Assembly (NCBI GenBank): GCA_052279835.1
Contig: CP181291.1
Span: 2,784,001-2,848,000 of the forward strand
DNA length: 64,000 nt
DNA from: Microcoleus sp.
Lineage (GTDB): Bacteria; Cyanobacteriota; Cyanobacteriia; Cyanobacteriales; Microcoleaceae
Direction of reading: 5' to 3'
Under the pieces are notes generated by a model. The model was given only the letters and a program-made list of their open reading frames with translations. It was not told where the DNA came from and did not search any database. Position numbers and translations under genes: made by a program. Shown here in pieces: positions 22,411 through 32,818 of this stretch. Numbering within the stretch: position 1 is the stretch's first letter; each line of letters opens with the position of its first letter.

Positions 22411-24177
22411 TCAAGACATTCTATCCAAGCGATCGAGCCGCTTAAACAAGCGCAGCAATATAAAGCCAGTACCCACGGCTAGCAAAGCCATCACCAGCGC
22501 CGGCCATACTTGATTGCTGACAAACAAAATTGTCGCCGACAAAGTAAAAGCACTCATCAGCAAACTATAGTTGGTTCCCATTTGAACACTGCTAATGCGG
22601 CGAAGCAAACGGTCTGTTTCAGAAGAACGGACGCGAATCCGCAAATCTCCCTGTTCAAGTTTGTCAATAGTTTCCTCAATCCGGCGAGGTAAACCCAAAG
22701 CAGTGGAACTTACCTGAGCTGCCTGACGGCCAAGTTCGTTAAAAATACTGCTAGTTGTATCATGCCCATTTCCATTACTCATAAGCTGCATGGCAAAAGG
22801 CTGTGCCACCTCCATAAAGTTAAAGTCTGGATCTAAACCGCGGCCGACCCCTTCAATGGTCGAAAAAGCGCGCATCACAAAAGTAAAGGTAGCTGGGAAG
22901 CGAAAAGGTTGGTCGTAGGCAATATCGTAAAGGTCATCTGTAATCGCGCTGACGGACTGATTTTCAAAAGGCTTGTCCATGAAGTTATCCAGCATATACT
23001 GGATCGATCGGCGCACCGGACTCATATCACCCGTAGGAACCAAAGCCCCCAAATTAATCAAAGAATCCATAATTCGTTGACCATCTTTGGAAGCAATACC
23101 GTAGAGAGTTTCCATCAGTCCTTCCCGAACATTGGCCTGAATTTGGCCCATCATGCCAAAATCGTAGAAAATCAGATCCCCATCAGCACTAACAGCGATA
23201 TTACCTGGGTGGGGATCGGCATGAAAAAAGCCATCATTGAGCAACTGGTGCAAATAAGCTTCAGCTCCCTTTTGGGCGATCGACTTGCGATCGATCCCAG
23301 CAGCCTCCAAAGCCTCATAGTGACTGATTTTAATCCCCGGCAGGTACTCCAAAGTCAGCACCCGCGGAGCCGCATAGCGCCAATAAACCCGTGGCACACG
23401 CACCCAGTCGCGTTCGCGAAAATTACGGCGAAAAGTATCAGCATTCCGCCCTTCATTGAGATAATCAATTTCCAGCCACAGAATGCGACAGCACTCTTCA
23501 TAAATCCCCAGCCAATCTCTGCCCCTGCCCCATTTAGGATGATTTTGAAAGTAGCGAGCGATGCCCTTGAGAATTTGCAAATCAATCTCGAACAGCTTCC
23601 GCAGTCCAGGTCGCTGCACCTTCACTACCACTTCCGGGCCAGAATGGAGTTGAGCCTTGTGTACCTGGCCCAAACTGGCAGCAGCCAGAGGCACCGGGTC
23701 AAAACTCTGGTAGAGTTCGTGAACCGTCTTGCCCAAATCCTGCTCAACAATTGCCTCTAACTGCTCGTAGCTGAAAGCAGGGACTCTATCTTGGAGCTTA
23801 GAAAGTTCCTCAACATACTCTGCGGGGAACAAATCAGCGCGGGTGGAAAATAACTGACCTACTTTAATAAAAGTTGGGCCCAAATCCAAGAGAGTTTCTC
23901 GAACCCAGATAGCCTGAAAACGCCGTCTGGCAACTTTCTTTTCTTCAGTAACACCTTTCCAGTAGCTCCAATCTTTGCTGTCGAGCCACAGCGAAGCCAA
24001 CCAGAGCAATACAAAGGTCCAAATGTCGAAGAAGCGCCGCTGCCGGGAGTATTTTTCGCGGTTCCAGCGATAAGCTTTATTGCCGTAGGATTTACCAGCG
24101 GTGGGCGGCAAAACGGCATCGCCGGTAGGCTTGGCGTATCGCTTGCGATTAACAGAGTCATCAAGGAGAGCAGACAC
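22411..24177 (-). CDS. ABC1/AarF/UbiB-family atypical kinase
   Basis: LGPTFIKVGQ, AAASLGQVHKA, VKVQRP, FHADPHPGN and YDFGMMG. Confidence 0.92.
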   Translation of the reverse strand: MSALLDDSVNRKRYAKPTGDAVLPPTAGKSYGNKAYRWNREKYSRQRRFFDIWTFVLLWLASLWLDSKDWSYWKGVTEEKKVARRRFQAIWVRETLLDLGPTFIKVGQLFSTRADLFPAEYVEELSKLQDRVPAFSYEQLEAIVEQDLGKTVHELYQSFDPVPLAAASLGQVHKAQLHSGPEVVVKVQRPGLRKLFEIDLQILKGIARYFQNHPKWGRGRDWLGIYEECCRILWLEIDYLNEGRNADTFRRNFRERDWVRVPRVYWRYAAPRVLTLEYLPGIKISHYEALEAAGIDRKSIAQKGAEAYLHQLLNDGFFHADPHPGNIAVSADGDLIFYDFGMMGQIQANVREGLMETLYGIASKDGQRIMDSLINLGALVPTGDMSPVRRSIQYMLDNFMDKPFENQSVSAITDDLYDIAYDQPFRFPATFTFVMRAFSTIEGVGRGLDPDFNFMEVAQPFAMQLMSNGNGHDTTSSIFNELGRQAAQVSSTALGLPRRIEETIDKLEQGDLRIRVRSSETDRLLRRISSVQMGTNYSLLMSAFTLSATILFVSNQVWPALVMALLAVGTGFILLRLFKRLDRLDRMS

Positions 24178-24272
24178 TTGGGTTCCTAAATTGCTTATTT
24201 TATGTTGTTGCTGCGATTAGAAGTAAGAGCGCAAAGCCATGCGCTCCTAGGGTAAATATTTGTGAGTGGCTG

Positions 24273-24608
24273 TTAGGGCAAACTGCTGCGGTAGCGCTGC
24301 AATTCCGATCGCACTAAGGCCACTTCTGCACGTAACTCATCAATAGTTATTTGCAAGTCGGCTGGTTGGATGTCTTGAATAGAGGTAGTAGTGCTGCCAG
24401 TGCCTGTTCTACCTTGCATTGCCGAATCAGCTTCTCTATGAGCTCGTTCTACAACTCGATCTGTGAACTGCCGCAGTCGCTCTCTTTGTTCGGCATCAAA
24501 TTTACCGAATTCAGACAAAGCGTTAGTGGCTGCACTCTCCAATTGTTCGTATAGTGCTTCTGCAAGTGCTCTGCCTATGAAAAAGGCATGAACTGGGGGT
24601 TTACTCAT
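24273..24608 (-). CDS. Conserved cyanobacterial coiled-coil protein upstream of the ABC1 kinase
   Basis: AFFIGRALAE...KFDAEQRERLRQF...IDELRAEVA. Confidence 0.8.
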   Translation of the reverse strand: MSKPPVHAFFIGRALAEALYEQLESAATNALSEFGKFDAEQRERLRQFTDRVVERAHREADSAMQGRTGTGSTTTSIQDIQPADLQITIDELRAEVALVRSELQRYRSSLP

Positions 24609-24904
24609 AAAAAACTCCGGTAAGTAGGGAAACTCTATGTTTTTAGACTATGGTTTAAACACGATTTTCACAGATTCTGAATCTGTGTCATGCTTCAACG
24701 AATTTAATGGACGTGAAGAATTTTGTCTCATCTTTTCATCCGTTTAATTCGCGATCGCTGACGAGAAAATTTTCTGTGTACTTCCCCAAACAATTATAAC
24801 TTGGTTATCCCTTCTCTGAAACTTCACGAGCATCTATTCAGGGTATGATTTCAACTTCTTTTCCTGCCACCATCTTGGGAGTCCGCTCCTGAGTTGTCCA
24901 CAGA

Positions 24905-26479
24905 CTAATTCGTAGCAGGTTCTGGGAAAGGTACGGTTGGTTCTGGAACTGTGAGCGGGGAGTCAGGTACGATCGGACTATCGAAACTGCCTTCATTACT
25001 GCTCGGTATCGGGACTTGAGGCGATCGATCTGGCAGAATTACTGGTGAAGGCTGCTCCTGTGGCGGAGAGAAAGTTTCAGCACTCTTAGCCACTGGCGGG
25101 GTAGGGGGTCCGAAGGATTTGGGAGGCGGTTCCGGGGGCAGAGGAGGAACTTCTGGTACGGGTGCTGGGGCGATGGGAGGAGATGGCTCGATGGGGATTT
25201 TAGGTTCTGGGTTGCTAGTTTCTGAAGGCTCCGATCCCGGTGTTGGGGTGGGAGTTTCCGAGGAGTCCGGTTGCGGTGTTGGGGCGGGAATTTCTGGGCT
25301 TGGGGATACCTCTGGTTGGGAGCTAACTTCTGGGGACTCGATTGGTTCTGGAGTGCTGATATCTGCTGGTGTGGATGTCGGCAGATTGTCAACTTCAGGC
25401 GTTGCTACAGGGCTACTTTCAACGGAAGGCTGTCCAAACATTGGTCCCGACGAATCGCCGGATTTTAGTAAGTCTTCTAGTGATGGCAAGGATTCTGTTT
25501 TGGCGGTGTTATTCCTGCTGAGATTGGTACTATTGTAGCGCCATGCTAGGTCAAAACCCATCCAGCCTGCAATTAGAGATGTGACAACAAAGACCAGCAG
25601 AGTCAACTGTGGGGGCGGTGGTGCGGGCAAACGCAGAGTTTGCTTTGTTTTGATTGCTGGTAATTGCTCTGTTTCTTGCAGCATAGCGAGCCAATTTTCC
25701 ACGGTTTGGGGGCGTTTGTCGGGTTCAGTTTCTAGTCCCCGAAGGATAGCTTGCTCAACTCCGGGGCTGAGGTTGGGTTGCCATTGTCGCAAATTTGGCA
25801 GGGGAATCCGATCGCGCAAGGGTGCTGCTATGGGTGGTTGACCCGATAGTAAGTAGTATAGGGTTGCCGAGAGGGAGTATACATCTGTGGCGGGTGTACA
25901 TTTACCATCATGGAGGTATTGTTCGATCGGTGCATATCCTGGGGAGAGCAAGTTAGTGTGGGTTTGTTTTGTGCCGGCCGTAAAGTCCCTGGCTATGCCA
26001 AAATCTATGAGCATGACGATGTGAGTATCCTCTCGTCGTATCATATTTTCTGGTTTGAGATCTCGGTGTAGCAAGCCGCTGTGGTGTACTGTGCTTAAGG
26101 CTGAGGCTATTTGCCGAATGTAGTGTAGGGCTTGAGCTTCTGGTAGTGGCTCGCCTGTGGCGACTATTTTGGCCAAAGTTTGGCCGGGAATGTAGTCCAT
26201 GGCGATAAAGGACTGTCCGGCTTCTGTAAAAAAGTCTATAACTCTGACTATGTTGGAATGCTGACACCGAGAGAGGCGTTGGGCCTCGGCGATGAATTGC
26301 TCCTGAAATTGGGCAGATTCAGGGTGTTGGCGCAGACTTTCGTTAAGGGTTTTGAGTACGACGGTTTGGTTTAAATGGGAGTGTGTGGCTCGGTAAGTGA
26401 TCCCGAACCCTCCTATACCTAAAGTCGTGTTAATTGTGTATTTGCCCTGTTGCAGGACTGTTGTTGGCGCTAAGTTCAT
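24905..26479 (-). CDS. Hanks-type Ser/Thr protein kinase with TM segment and Pro-rich C-terminus
   Basis: LGIGGFGITY, HRDLKPEN, IDFG, GYAPIEQ and TDVYSL. Confidence 0.92.
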   Translation of the reverse strand: MNLAPTTVLQQGKYTINTTLGIGGFGITYRATHSHLNQTVVLKTLNESLRQHPESAQFQEQFIAEAQRLSRCQHSNIVRVIDFFTEAGQSFIAMDYIPGQTLAKIVATGEPLPEAQALHYIRQIASALSTVHHSGLLHRDLKPENMIRREDTHIVMLIDFGIARDFTAGTKQTHTNLLSPGYAPIEQYLHDGKCTPATDVYSLSATLYYLLSGQPPIAAPLRDRIPLPNLRQWQPNLSPGVEQAILRGLETEPDKRPQTVENWLAMLQETEQLPAIKTKQTLRLPAPPPPQLTLLVFVVTSLIAGWMGFDLAWRYNSTNLSRNNTAKTESLPSLEDLLKSGDSSGPMFGQPSVESSPVATPEVDNLPTSTPADISTPEPIESPEVSSQPEVSPSPEIPAPTPQPDSSETPTPTPGSEPSETSNPEPKIPIEPSPPIAPAPVPEVPPLPPEPPPKSFGPPTPPVAKSAETFSPPQEQPSPVILPDRSPQVPIPSSNEGSFDSPIVPDSPLTVPEPTVPFPEPATN

Positions 26480-26689
26480 CTTTAGTTGATGCCGTGTCCC
26501 AACCTATGCTATCGCCTTTGGGTAATTAAAGCAGAGTGAGGGCGAGCGGTTCCATGGAGCCGAAGCCTGATTTTACTCTGCTTTGCCTAATTACTAGACT
26601 TTGTATCTGGCGATCGTTTTATGGGGATGTCCCAATCAGTTTATCTGTAACCAGCGTCTTAAAACTTAATATAATAGTTTTCCAATAAA

Positions 26690-26716
26690 AATCCCGCTCT
26701 TTTGGAGCGGGAAAGC
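26690..26716. terminator. Hairpin TCCCGCTC-TTTTG-GAGCGGGA, probable minus-strand intrinsic terminator
   Basis: 8-bp GC-rich stem with an adjacent A-run (U-run on the minus strand), downstream of the DUF2127-like gene. Confidence 0.5.
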
Positions 26717-26934
26717 CATCAGGGTGCATCTATATCTATGACTATAGTCTATGGGGGGTGTAACCCCTCTTTCCTTTAACAAGTCTTTACACTAGACTCA
26801 CTTTTGTAAATTTTTAGTTTTGAGCTTGACTTGTGAGAATAATTGTGGTAATGGAGATAGTCAGAGGGCGATCGCCAGCTTAAAAAAATCCACCCACCAA
26901 TCAATATCCAGGCTAGTCGCTCCCCATCGCACGT

Positions 26935-27384
26935 TCAATTACCGTGTTTCGGCAAATGGTGCAACAAATACCAGAATACAGCCACATTGACGATAAATAC
27001 CGCTAACTTCAGGAAAGTAACACCCTGAATTAATTCAAAAATTTCCGGCGGAATACTGATACCAACTAGCACTAAAACTAAGATTGTTGCCCAACCTTTT
27101 TCGTACCACAATCCCACAGCTTCCACAGCAGTGATCGCTGCATAAAGTCCAGTCGCCATGCCGCTAAACAGTAAGGTCTTAGGCTTTAGTATCAGCAGCT
27201 TATCCAATAAAAACTCAATAATTGTCACCTTTGTTTCTAACAAATAAGAATCCGCAAATTGTTCTAATAATTGATGCTTTTTTAGCGCCAACAGCAAAGC
27301 AATAGAAGTCACTGTCAAGAGGGAAGCCACAAAAGTCTTGTAAATCACTATGGCGATTAAACCAGAGGGGCGCTGTTTTTTCAC
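26935..27384 (-). CDS. DUF2127-like membrane protein
   Basis: GLIAIVIYK, EAVGLWYEKGWA, IPPEIFEL and VNVAVFWYL. Confidence 0.8.
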   Translation of the reverse strand: MKKQRPSGLIAIVIYKTFVASLLTVTSIALLLALKKHQLLEQFADSYLLETKVTIIEFLLDKLLILKPKTLLFSGMATGLYAAITAVEAVGLWYEKGWATILVLVLVGISIPPEIFELIQGVTFLKLAVFIVNVAVFWYLLHHLPKHGN

Positions 27385-27398
27385 CGGATTATTTTTAC

Positions 27399-30389
27399 CT
27401 ATTTTGAGAGTGGATAATGTGCTGCCAAAAAAGCAATTGCCGAAGTGCGATCGCCCAAATGCCCATCCAAAGTCGCAGCCAACAAATCATCCAACATGAG
27501 TTTAAACGTAGGTCCAGGTTTGTAGCCCAAAGCCTTCAAATCATTGCCATTCAAAGGGGCTTCAACCTTCACCCACTTGGTGAAAAATTCCCAAATTTGG
27601 TGTCGAACACTTCGGGGACTTTGCAGGGCGATCGCAATTAACATCGGCAACTCATAATTCCTCAGCAGCATTACCAATTGACTCGGTAACTTGCATTTCG
27701 GCAAAGTTTCGACTAATTCCTGATTTGTAGCTTCTAAAAGTTCCAGCCGCTTGATGCTGTCAGCAGGTAACTGAAGATTTGCAGCCACCTTTCCCCGATA
27801 TTCGGGTGCTAAATAAGCGATCGAAATTTCCAGCCGCATCAGCCAATCGGGAATTTTGAGAATTGGGCATTGGGCATTGGGAATGGGGAATTGGGCATGG
27901 GGCATCGGGAATTTTTTAACTACTTGTTTCTTAATTCCATCGGTTACATCCGTTACATCCGTTACAGAATTCGCTGCCGAACCTTCTTCCTTCTTCCTTC
28001 CATTCAAACATCGATCGAGCAAACGCAATTGCCACCACAACTGGCGATCCAATTCCAAAGTAGGATGAATGCAGCGCAAGGCCTGCAAATCTCCCAGCAT
28101 TTGCAGGGCAACTTTCCAATAAGGTGATTGCAAAATGTACCTCAATTCAGTTTTGAGCCGAGTTTCCAAAGCCGGCGCTCGGCCGTTTTCACCTTGAATC
28201 CGGTAATAAATCCCGCTTTCGAGGGCGTGGCGGATGTATCCTTCAGTCTGCGACTCGATCGCAAATCCCAACCGCACCGCAAACCGCACAGCCCGGTAAA
28301 TTCGCGTCGGATCTTCGATAAAACTGTTAGCGTGCAAAACTCTAATTTGGCGCGCTTCCAAGTCTAGCAAACCGCCAAAAAAATCCAACAATTCGCCGCA
28401 GTTAGGAACACCCAACCGCACAGCCAGGGCATTAATTGTAAAATCCCTGCGGTACAAATCTTGACGGATCGAACTCGCTTCAACTTCAGGATTTGCAGCC
28501 GGATAAGGATAAAATTCAGTACGAGCCGTAGCGATATCCAGCCACAGCGAGCCGAAAGCAGAGTCTTTGTGCCACAATAGCGCGGCGGTTTTAAAGTCAC
28601 CGTGAACGTCCAAACGCGACTCTGGGTAAAGCTTTTGTAGCGATGCAGCCAACTCGACACCTGCACCGGAATCGCGGGCGCCAGAGTTTCCATCCACAAC
28701 CAAGTCAATATCGGCGAGTGCCAGTTTATCGTCGGTGGCTAACTGATTTTTGGCACTATTCTCAGCATCTTGGCCGCCCTTCCCAGGCTGGTTGACAGTG
28801 GTGCCTGATGTTGTCAAACCTAAGAGTAAATCCCGGACTGCTCCACCGACAATATAAAGTTGCCAGCCTCGCTCTCGGGCAATATTGGCCGCGATCGACA
28901 ATAATTGCCATAATTCGGGACTAATGCGCGATCGCAGCAACTGCTCCACGGATGCGGGTAGGGGACAATAGGTCAATTGTCCTTTACTTCCTCCACTGTC
29001 TCGCGCTTTTTGCTGGTGCAATTGGCGCAATACGTCGGTGCGAGTCACAATTCCCACCAGTTGGTCGTTTTCCAATACTGGCAAGCGCCCGATATTGTAT
29101 GTCACCATTAAATCTTCAATTTCTGGCAGCAAGGTATCGGGGGCGATCGTTTTTAGCTGCGGAGTCATGTAACCCTTGACGGGGGCGTGGCTGAAACCGT
29201 GGTGCAGGGCGATGTCAATGTCGCGGCGGGAAATAATGCCGGCAAGCCGATCGCCCGCATCGACCACACAAAGCCCCGAATGCCCGTAACGCAGGAGGAT
29301 ACGGTGAGCTTCTCCCACGGAGGTTTCCGGGCGAATGCTCCGCACTGGAGATGACATTAACTCGCGGGCGGTTGGAGGGTGAGGGATTTGAGCTTTCAGC
29401 GCGTTGGCTAGTTGATTTAAAGTCGCCAGCGGGTCAACATCGCGGGTGGCGAGGGATGCGGCGCGGGCGTGGCCTCCGCCACCGAAAGGTTTGAACAATT
29501 CGCTGAGGTTTGTGCTGGAAATGCGCGATCGACCGATAATAGTTAATCGATTGGAAACTGACGATTCGGGAGAGTCGGGATCGATGGTATCGCTGTTTTG
29601 TTTTTCACCAGATTTATACACATTTCCTAATAGCAGAGCATCGGTTTCAGTCAAATCCAGCAAGCGAGATGCTAGGGCAGAAAGTCCCGGAACATAGGCA
29701 TCAGTTGTGAGCAATACCCAAGCTACACTGTTACCGCGTACAGTTTCCGATCGCAAGTTATTCAGAGCTTCTTTCAGCAAATCCTGCAATTGAGCAGACA
29801 AACCGGGTTCTACATATTCAGCGATGACTCCCAAACTCGCTCCCTGCTGCATCAACCACGCCAAAGCATTAGCATCTCGCGCCGTTGCACCCTCGAAGGT
29901 GAGGGAACCTGTATCGACGTGGATACCGAGGGCCATGACTGTGGCTTCTGAGGGATCGAGATGGAATTCTTGGTTACTCTGTGGGACTTGATTTGCGAAT
30001 TTTTCCCTAAGTTTTTCGACTATTAAAGTAGTGGTGGCCCCGACTGCTTCGATTTGGCCCAGGGTGGCCGGGATGTCTGAATGCGCTTCTAAATGGTGAT
30101 CGAAAACCGTAATTTCGTTGATGTGTGGCAAGTCTAGCCATTCGGCGGCTTTTCCCAAACGATCGCGCGTGCTAGCATCAACAATGGCGAGCGAGCGAAT
30201 TTGTTGCGGATTGACCGATCGACGTTCGATTAACGGGTACTCATCGCGGTGTAGCGCCAAAAAATCCCGCACCGTGGGGTGAGACCCACCAGCAAGCACG
30301 ATTCTGGTACCGGGGTGCAGCACGCAAAGTCCCACCGCCGCTCCCAAGGTGTCAAAATCTGCTGTAGTGTGGCACAAAACTAAGTCCAT
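27399..30389 (-). CDS. DHH/DHHA1-CBS-tRNA nucleotidyltransferase fusion (A-adding enzyme type)
   Basis: DHH motifs (DFD, DHH, GGGGHARAA), a CBS pair, and class II NTase motifs VGGAVRD, DIDLV, RRDFTINA and EDPTRIYRAVRF. Confidence 0.9.
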   Translation of the reverse strand: MDLVLCHTTADFDTLGAAVGLCVLHPGTRIVLAGGSHPTVRDFLALHRDEYPLIERRSVNPQQIRSLAIVDASTRDRLGKAAEWLDLPHINEITVFDHHLEAHSDIPATLGQIEAVGATTTLIVEKLREKFANQVPQSNQEFHLDPSEATVMALGIHVDTGSLTFEGATARDANALAWLMQQGASLGVIAEYVEPGLSAQLQDLLKEALNNLRSETVRGNSVAWVLLTTDAYVPGLSALASRLLDLTETDALLLGNVYKSGEKQNSDTIDPDSPESSVSNRLTIIGRSRISSTNLSELFKPFGGGGHARAASLATRDVDPLATLNQLANALKAQIPHPPTARELMSSPVRSIRPETSVGEAHRILLRYGHSGLCVVDAGDRLAGIISRRDIDIALHHGFSHAPVKGYMTPQLKTIAPDTLLPEIEDLMVTYNIGRLPVLENDQLVGIVTRTDVLRQLHQQKARDSGGSKGQLTYCPLPASVEQLLRSRISPELWQLLSIAANIARERGWQLYIVGGAVRDLLLGLTTSGTTVNQPGKGGQDAENSAKNQLATDDKLALADIDLVVDGNSGARDSGAGVELAASLQKLYPESRLDVHGDFKTAALLWHKDSAFGSLWLDIATARTEFYPYPAANPEVEASSIRQDLYRRDFTINALAVRLGVPNCGELLDFFGGLLDLEARQIRVLHANSFIEDPTRIYRAVRFAVRLGFAIESQTEGYIRHALESGIYYRIQGENGRAPALETRLKTELRYILQSPYWKVALQMLGDLQALRCIHPTLELDRQLWWQLRLLDRCLNGRKKEEGSAANSVTDVTDVTDGIKKQVVKKFPMPHAQFPIPNAQCPILKIPDWLMRLEISIAYLAPEYRGKVAANLQLPADSIKRLELLEATNQELVETLPKCKLPSQLVMLLRNYELPMLIAIALQSPRSVRHQIWEFFTKWVKVEAPLNGNDLKALGYKPGPTFKLMLDDLLAATLDGHLGDRTSAIAFLAAHYPLSK

Positions 30390-30650
30390 AAACAAATCCT
30401 GCATCTGTAACCCAAAGTGTCCCTGAATCTGGCTCACGAACAGCACACGAGCCGATCGCACTATAACTCAAGCTTAGTGAAGTATTGATTCTAGTTTCAA
30501 TCGCAGCAGCCAATAATGGTAAAATTTAAGTAAATCTCAAGAGCTGCTGACTGCTGTTCGCACCACTGAGAATTTGTACGGGCCAGTCGAATTTCAACAA
30601 CCGACAATTTTCCGATCAATCGTCCCACCGCTATATCGAAAGGAGAAAAA

Positions 30651-30842
30651 ATGTTATCAATTCTGTTTCAACTTGTTTTACTAGGTTTGGTACTGCTATC
30701 TTTTGTGATGGTAGTTGGCGTTCCAGTTGCTTATGCTTCTCCCCAAAACTGGAATCAGTCTAAAACACTGATTTTTGCAGGTTCTGGTCTCTGGTTTTTG
30801 CTGGTTATTGCCGTGGGTGTTTTAAACTTTTTGGTAGTTTAA
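30651..30842 (+). CDS. psbZ: Photosystem II protein PsbZ
   Basis: [36 protein letters not shown]. Confidence 0.95.
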   Translation: MLSILFQLVLLGLVLLSFVMVVGVPVAYASPQNWNQSKTLIFAGSGLWFLLVIAVGVLNFLVV

Positions 30843-30869
30843 AATTCGGTCTAGAACGACGTAAAATAG

Positions 30870-30992
30870 TTGTGAGTTTTGAATTTTGACTGAAGTTTAT
30901 GCTATAATTAGTAGTCTTAGATTTGGAGTTAATTATTGATTGAAGTCACTGTTTCAACGGATTAATTCACAGCCAAAATTTAAAACTCACAA
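30870..30992. repeat. Imperfect 23-bp inverted repeat pair between psbZ and ribH
   Basis: TTGTGAGTTTTGAATTTTGACTG ... CAGCCAAAATTTAAAACTCACAA. Confidence 0.55.
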
Positions 30993-31052
30993 TTCATAAA
31001 TAAAGCTAAGAAAAATCCCATTACCACTTACCAATTACCAAAGTATAAAATT

Positions 31053-31601
31053 ATGGCAGTTTTCGAGGGGACTTTTACTCAAACCGAATCTTTGCGGTTT
31101 GCGATTGTCATTGGTCGTTTTAACGACATGGTAGTCAACAAACTTTTGGAAGGTTGTCAAGATTGTTTGAAACGCCACGGGGTTGATATAAATCCTCATG
31201 GTAATCAGGTTGATTTTTATTGGGTTCCGGGATGTTTTGAAATTCCCTTGATTGCTCGTCAAGCTGCATTTTCTCGTCGCTACGATGCAGTAATCTGTCT
31301 GGGTGCGGTGATTCGCGGCCAAACTCCTCATTTCGATTTTGTCGCTGGTGAGGTTTCTAAGGGAATTGCGGCTGCGGCTTTTCAAAGTGGAGTACCGGTG
31401 ATTTTTGGGGTGGTGACGACTGACACGATGCAGCAAGCTTTGGAAAGGGCCGGAATTAAGAGCAATTTGGGCTGGAATTATGCAATGAGTGCTTTGGAAA
31501 TGGGCACTTTGATGCGTCAAGTCAATGGTTTGGGTGGAAATTCTTACGATAAATTAGCTGCTGCGTCTGCTGTTGAAGTGCTGTCGGGCGATCTAGCCTA
31601 G
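31053..31601 (+). CDS. ribH: 6,7-dimethyl-8-ribityllumazine synthase
   Basis: [26 protein letters not shown] and QALERAG. Confidence 0.96.
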   Translation: MAVFEGTFTQTESLRFAIVIGRFNDMVVNKLLEGCQDCLKRHGVDINPHGNQVDFYWVPGCFEIPLIARQAAFSRRYDAVICLGAVIRGQTPHFDFVAGEVSKGIAAAAFQSGVPVIFGVVTTDTMQQALERAGIKSNLGWNYAMSALEMGTLMRQVNGLGGNSYDKLAAASAVEVLSGDLA

Positions 31602-31707
31602 TATATATCATTATGTGATTCCAACTGGTTCCCCGGAAGAGCCTGGGAACCGAGATCCAGAGGCTCTGCCTCGCTCGTCGCTTGTAGAATACTAGGTAAG
31701 GAAAGCT

Positions 31708-32286
31708 ATGAATAGTGTCACCGCGAAAAGATTCTCGATCGCAGAATATCACCGTTTGGGAGAACTGGGATTTTTCGCTCCCGATGAGCGAGTAGAATTG
31801 ATTCGCGGAGAACTTATAAAAATGGCTGCTAAAGGTAGGTTTCACTCTGTTTGTAACAGTCTTTTAGTTGAGGAGTTAATAATTTTACTGACAAGACGTG
31901 CTCGTGTTCGCGTACAAGATCCGATAATTTTATCTACTACAGATAGCGAACCAGAACCTGATGTGATTATCGCCCGCAATCGTTCTGATAATTATTTAGA
32001 TTCTCACCCGGAACCTGCGGATATCTTGTTAATGATTGAGGTTTCTGATTCTACTTTAAAGTACGATCAAATAACTAAGTTATCTCTGTATGCTGAGGCT
32101 GGGATTTCTAATTATTGGATATTTAATTTAGTTGATAATCAACTGGAAATGCACAGCGAACCTTATCAAAAAAGACAAGGGGATTTCAATTATCGATCGC
32201 AACGAGTTATTCTACAAAATGAGACTGTGGTAATTCCGGGCTTTCCCGATTTGTCTCTAGATTTATCCTTAGTGTTTCCAGCCTAA
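31708..32286 (+). CDS. Uma2 family endonuclease
   Basis: RVELIRGEL, SEPEPD, IEVSDSTL and YAEAGISNYW. Confidence 0.88.
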   Translation: MNSVTAKRFSIAEYHRLGELGFFAPDERVELIRGELIKMAAKGRFHSVCNSLLVEELIILLTRRARVRVQDPIILSTTDSEPEPDVIIARNRSDNYLDSHPEPADILLMIEVSDSTLKYDQITKLSLYAEAGISNYWIFNLVDNQLEMHSEPYQKRQGDFNYRSQRVILQNETVVIPGFPDLSLDLSLVFPA

Positions 32287-32818
32287 CCTGAATAGAGGCT
32301 CTAAGTTAATTTATAGCAACCGCCAAGGCTGCTAAGGCGACTGCTATAAAATACTCTCACGATTTTCTGTATATTTTTATACATTTATAGCTGTGGCTAA
32401 GTAACACGCATTTGCTGAGTATTATATTATACATAATATCGGTAAAATACTGCAAGATTATCGACTTTTTAACTAAAAATCCCTAACAATCTAATATTTC
32501 TCAACAGTTTTATGAGATTTAGATGAATCTGGTTGCACAAATATGAGAAATTCGTTATGTTAATTTTTGTGTAAGCCTTGAAGCAGTCTCAACTCAATCC
32601 GAAGATAGCTTTCAGCATAAATGCTGTACAAACAGTATTTAACGTATTCTTAACGAACCGCCCTGAAAATTCATTTTCAGGTAAATTGTTAATGCAATCT
32701 TAAATAATGAATTTGTGCAGTTAACGCCTAGGAAGCTTGCCCAAAAAGCGATTGATAATTTTGAGGGTAGCCCGGATACACATACAGTTACTTACCAGCC
32801 GAAAATTGCAACAATTTT

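Noticed and set aside
22058..22414. 118-aa ORF as a real gene
   Set aside because: It is chimeric: only the last ~40 codons are TnpB-derived and the rest is intergenic read-through.
22909..23760. 283-aa plus-strand ORF and similar antisense ORFs (e.g. 6763..7236, 16432..16893)
   Set aside because: They are shadows of well-supported genes on the opposite strand and carry no motifs.
24669..24687. Palindrome CACAGATTC-T-GAATCTGTG as an operator
   Set aside because: It occurs once and no cognate regulator is identifiable, so it cannot be distinguished from chance.
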